From the human T2T-CHM13v2.0 reference genome, Homo sapiens: 64,000 bases of DNA. The stretch lies in NCBI RefSeq assembly GCF_009914755.1, contig NC_060932.1; one strand, 5' to 3'. The notes beneath the pieces are model-generated. The model did no database searches and was not told the DNA's origin. It saw only the letters and a program-made list of their open reading frames with translations. Positions 62,643 to 64,000 of this stretch are shown here, piece by piece. Each line of letters opens with the position of its first letter. The first letter of the stretch is position 1. The translations under genes were made by a program, and so were the position numbers.

Positions 62643-63533
62643 TACAATAAGATATCATGTTACCATATCCCAGTTAGAGTGGAAACTATTAAAACACAAA
62701 AAATAACAGATCCTGGCTTTGAAACAGAGAAAAGGGAGCTGTTCTTACACACATTTGGTTGGAATGTAAATTAGTACAGCCACTATAAAAATAGTGGAGA
62801 TTTTTCAAAAATCTAAAACTACAACTACCATACAACGCAGGAATCCCACTATTAGGTATCTATCCAAAGGAAAAAACATCAGTATATCAAAGAGCTACCT
62901 GGGCTTACATGTTTATTGCAGCAGTGTTCAGTGTCAAATATAAGCAATTCACCTAAGTGTCTATCAACAGATGAGTGGATAAATAAAATGTAGTATCTAT
63001 ACACAATAGAATACTATTCAGCTATAAAAAGAATAAAATTATGTCATTTAGAGCAATATGGATGGAACTGGAGGTCATTTTATTAAGTGAAATAAGCGAA
63101 GCACAGAAAGCCTAATGCCACATATTCTCACTCATATGTGGGAGCTAAAATACTTGATTACATGGAGGTAGGAGTAGAATGAAAGATAGCAGAGGCTGCA
63201 AAAAGCATGTGAGTAGGAGAGAGGAATGAAGAGAGGTTGATTAATGGGTACAAACATAGAGTTAGACAAAAGTTATTAAGTGTAATATTTAATAGCAGAA
63301 TAAATTGACTATAATTAACAACAATATATTGTATATTTCAAAGTCACTACAAGGGAGAAAATAAATTGTTCCCAAAACATAAAAATGGTAAATACTCACA
63401 TGTATTTGGATACCCCAAATACCCTGACTCTATCATTAAACATTCTATGTATGTAACAAAATATCACATATAGCCCACAAATATGTAAATGTTATGTATC
63501 AATAAAATTAAAATAAATAAAATAAAATAAAAA

Positions 63534-64000
63534 TGACCCATGAGAGAAAAAAATAATGTGGACTTTATTAGAAATTAAAAAGTAAAGAATTCTACTCTGA
63601 AAAAAATAAACAGTGTTAAAAGAATGAAAACAGAAGCCACAGAATGGGGAAAAATATTGCAAAATACAAACCTGACGATGAACTCATATCCAAACTATAC
63701 AAATCCACTATGACTCCACCATTATAAAATAAATAGCCCAGTTGACAAATGGGCAAAAGATATGAAGAGAGAGTTCACCAAATAAGATACACAGAAGGCA
63801 AATACGCATTTGGAAAGATGCTCAAAATTACATGTAATTGGAAATCGCAAATTAAAGCATACCTGTTGTAATGACCAAAACCTAAAACACTGATGACATC
63901 ATATGTTCTTGAGAATCTGGAGCAACAGGAACTCTGATTCACTGATGGTAGGAAAACAAAATGATACAGCTGCTTTAGAAGACATTTTGACATTTTCTTA
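63534..64000 (+). mobile_element. Older L1MC/MD ORF2 3' fragment (host of the L1MA3)
   Basis: GGACTTTATTAGAAATTAAAAA...AAGAATGAAAACAGAAGCCACAGAATGGGG...AAATGGGCAAAAGATATGAA...GGAGCAACAGGAACTCTGATTCACTG. Confidence 0.75.

Overview
AT-rich, CpG-poor, repeat-dense primate genomic DNA, probably hominoid/human given the AluY and L1PA3/4 copies. It looks like a gene desert or deep intron. I found no host protein-coding exon, RNA gene or CpG island. Every long ORF in the supplied track is a broken LINE-1 ORF1/ORF2 frame, an Alu read-through or low-complexity noise. The window is a layered record of transposition: (1) a near full-length L1PA7-like element on the minus strand (~5777-12531) with an AluSc in ORF1, an ORF0-like frame and an abnormal 3' junction; (2) a complete MLT1A0-like MaLR (LTR-internal-LTR) containing a nested MST LTR; (3) an internally deleted L1MA3-like element (~53790-63533) hosting a 5'-inverted (twin-primed) L1PA3/4 and an AluSg; (4) ten Alus/Alu monomers, MIR/L2, MLT1 and ERVL solo LTRs, and the DNA-transposon relics MER44A, MER2, MER33, MER94 and a half MADE1; (5) a ~0.9 kb polarised AT-rich minisatellite with a perfect hairpin. 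Subfamily names come from my recall of consensus sequences, not from a search, and old-repeat boundaries are approximate. I see no evidence of a new biological system; the best leads are mechanistic oddities of retrotransposition and repeat evolution.
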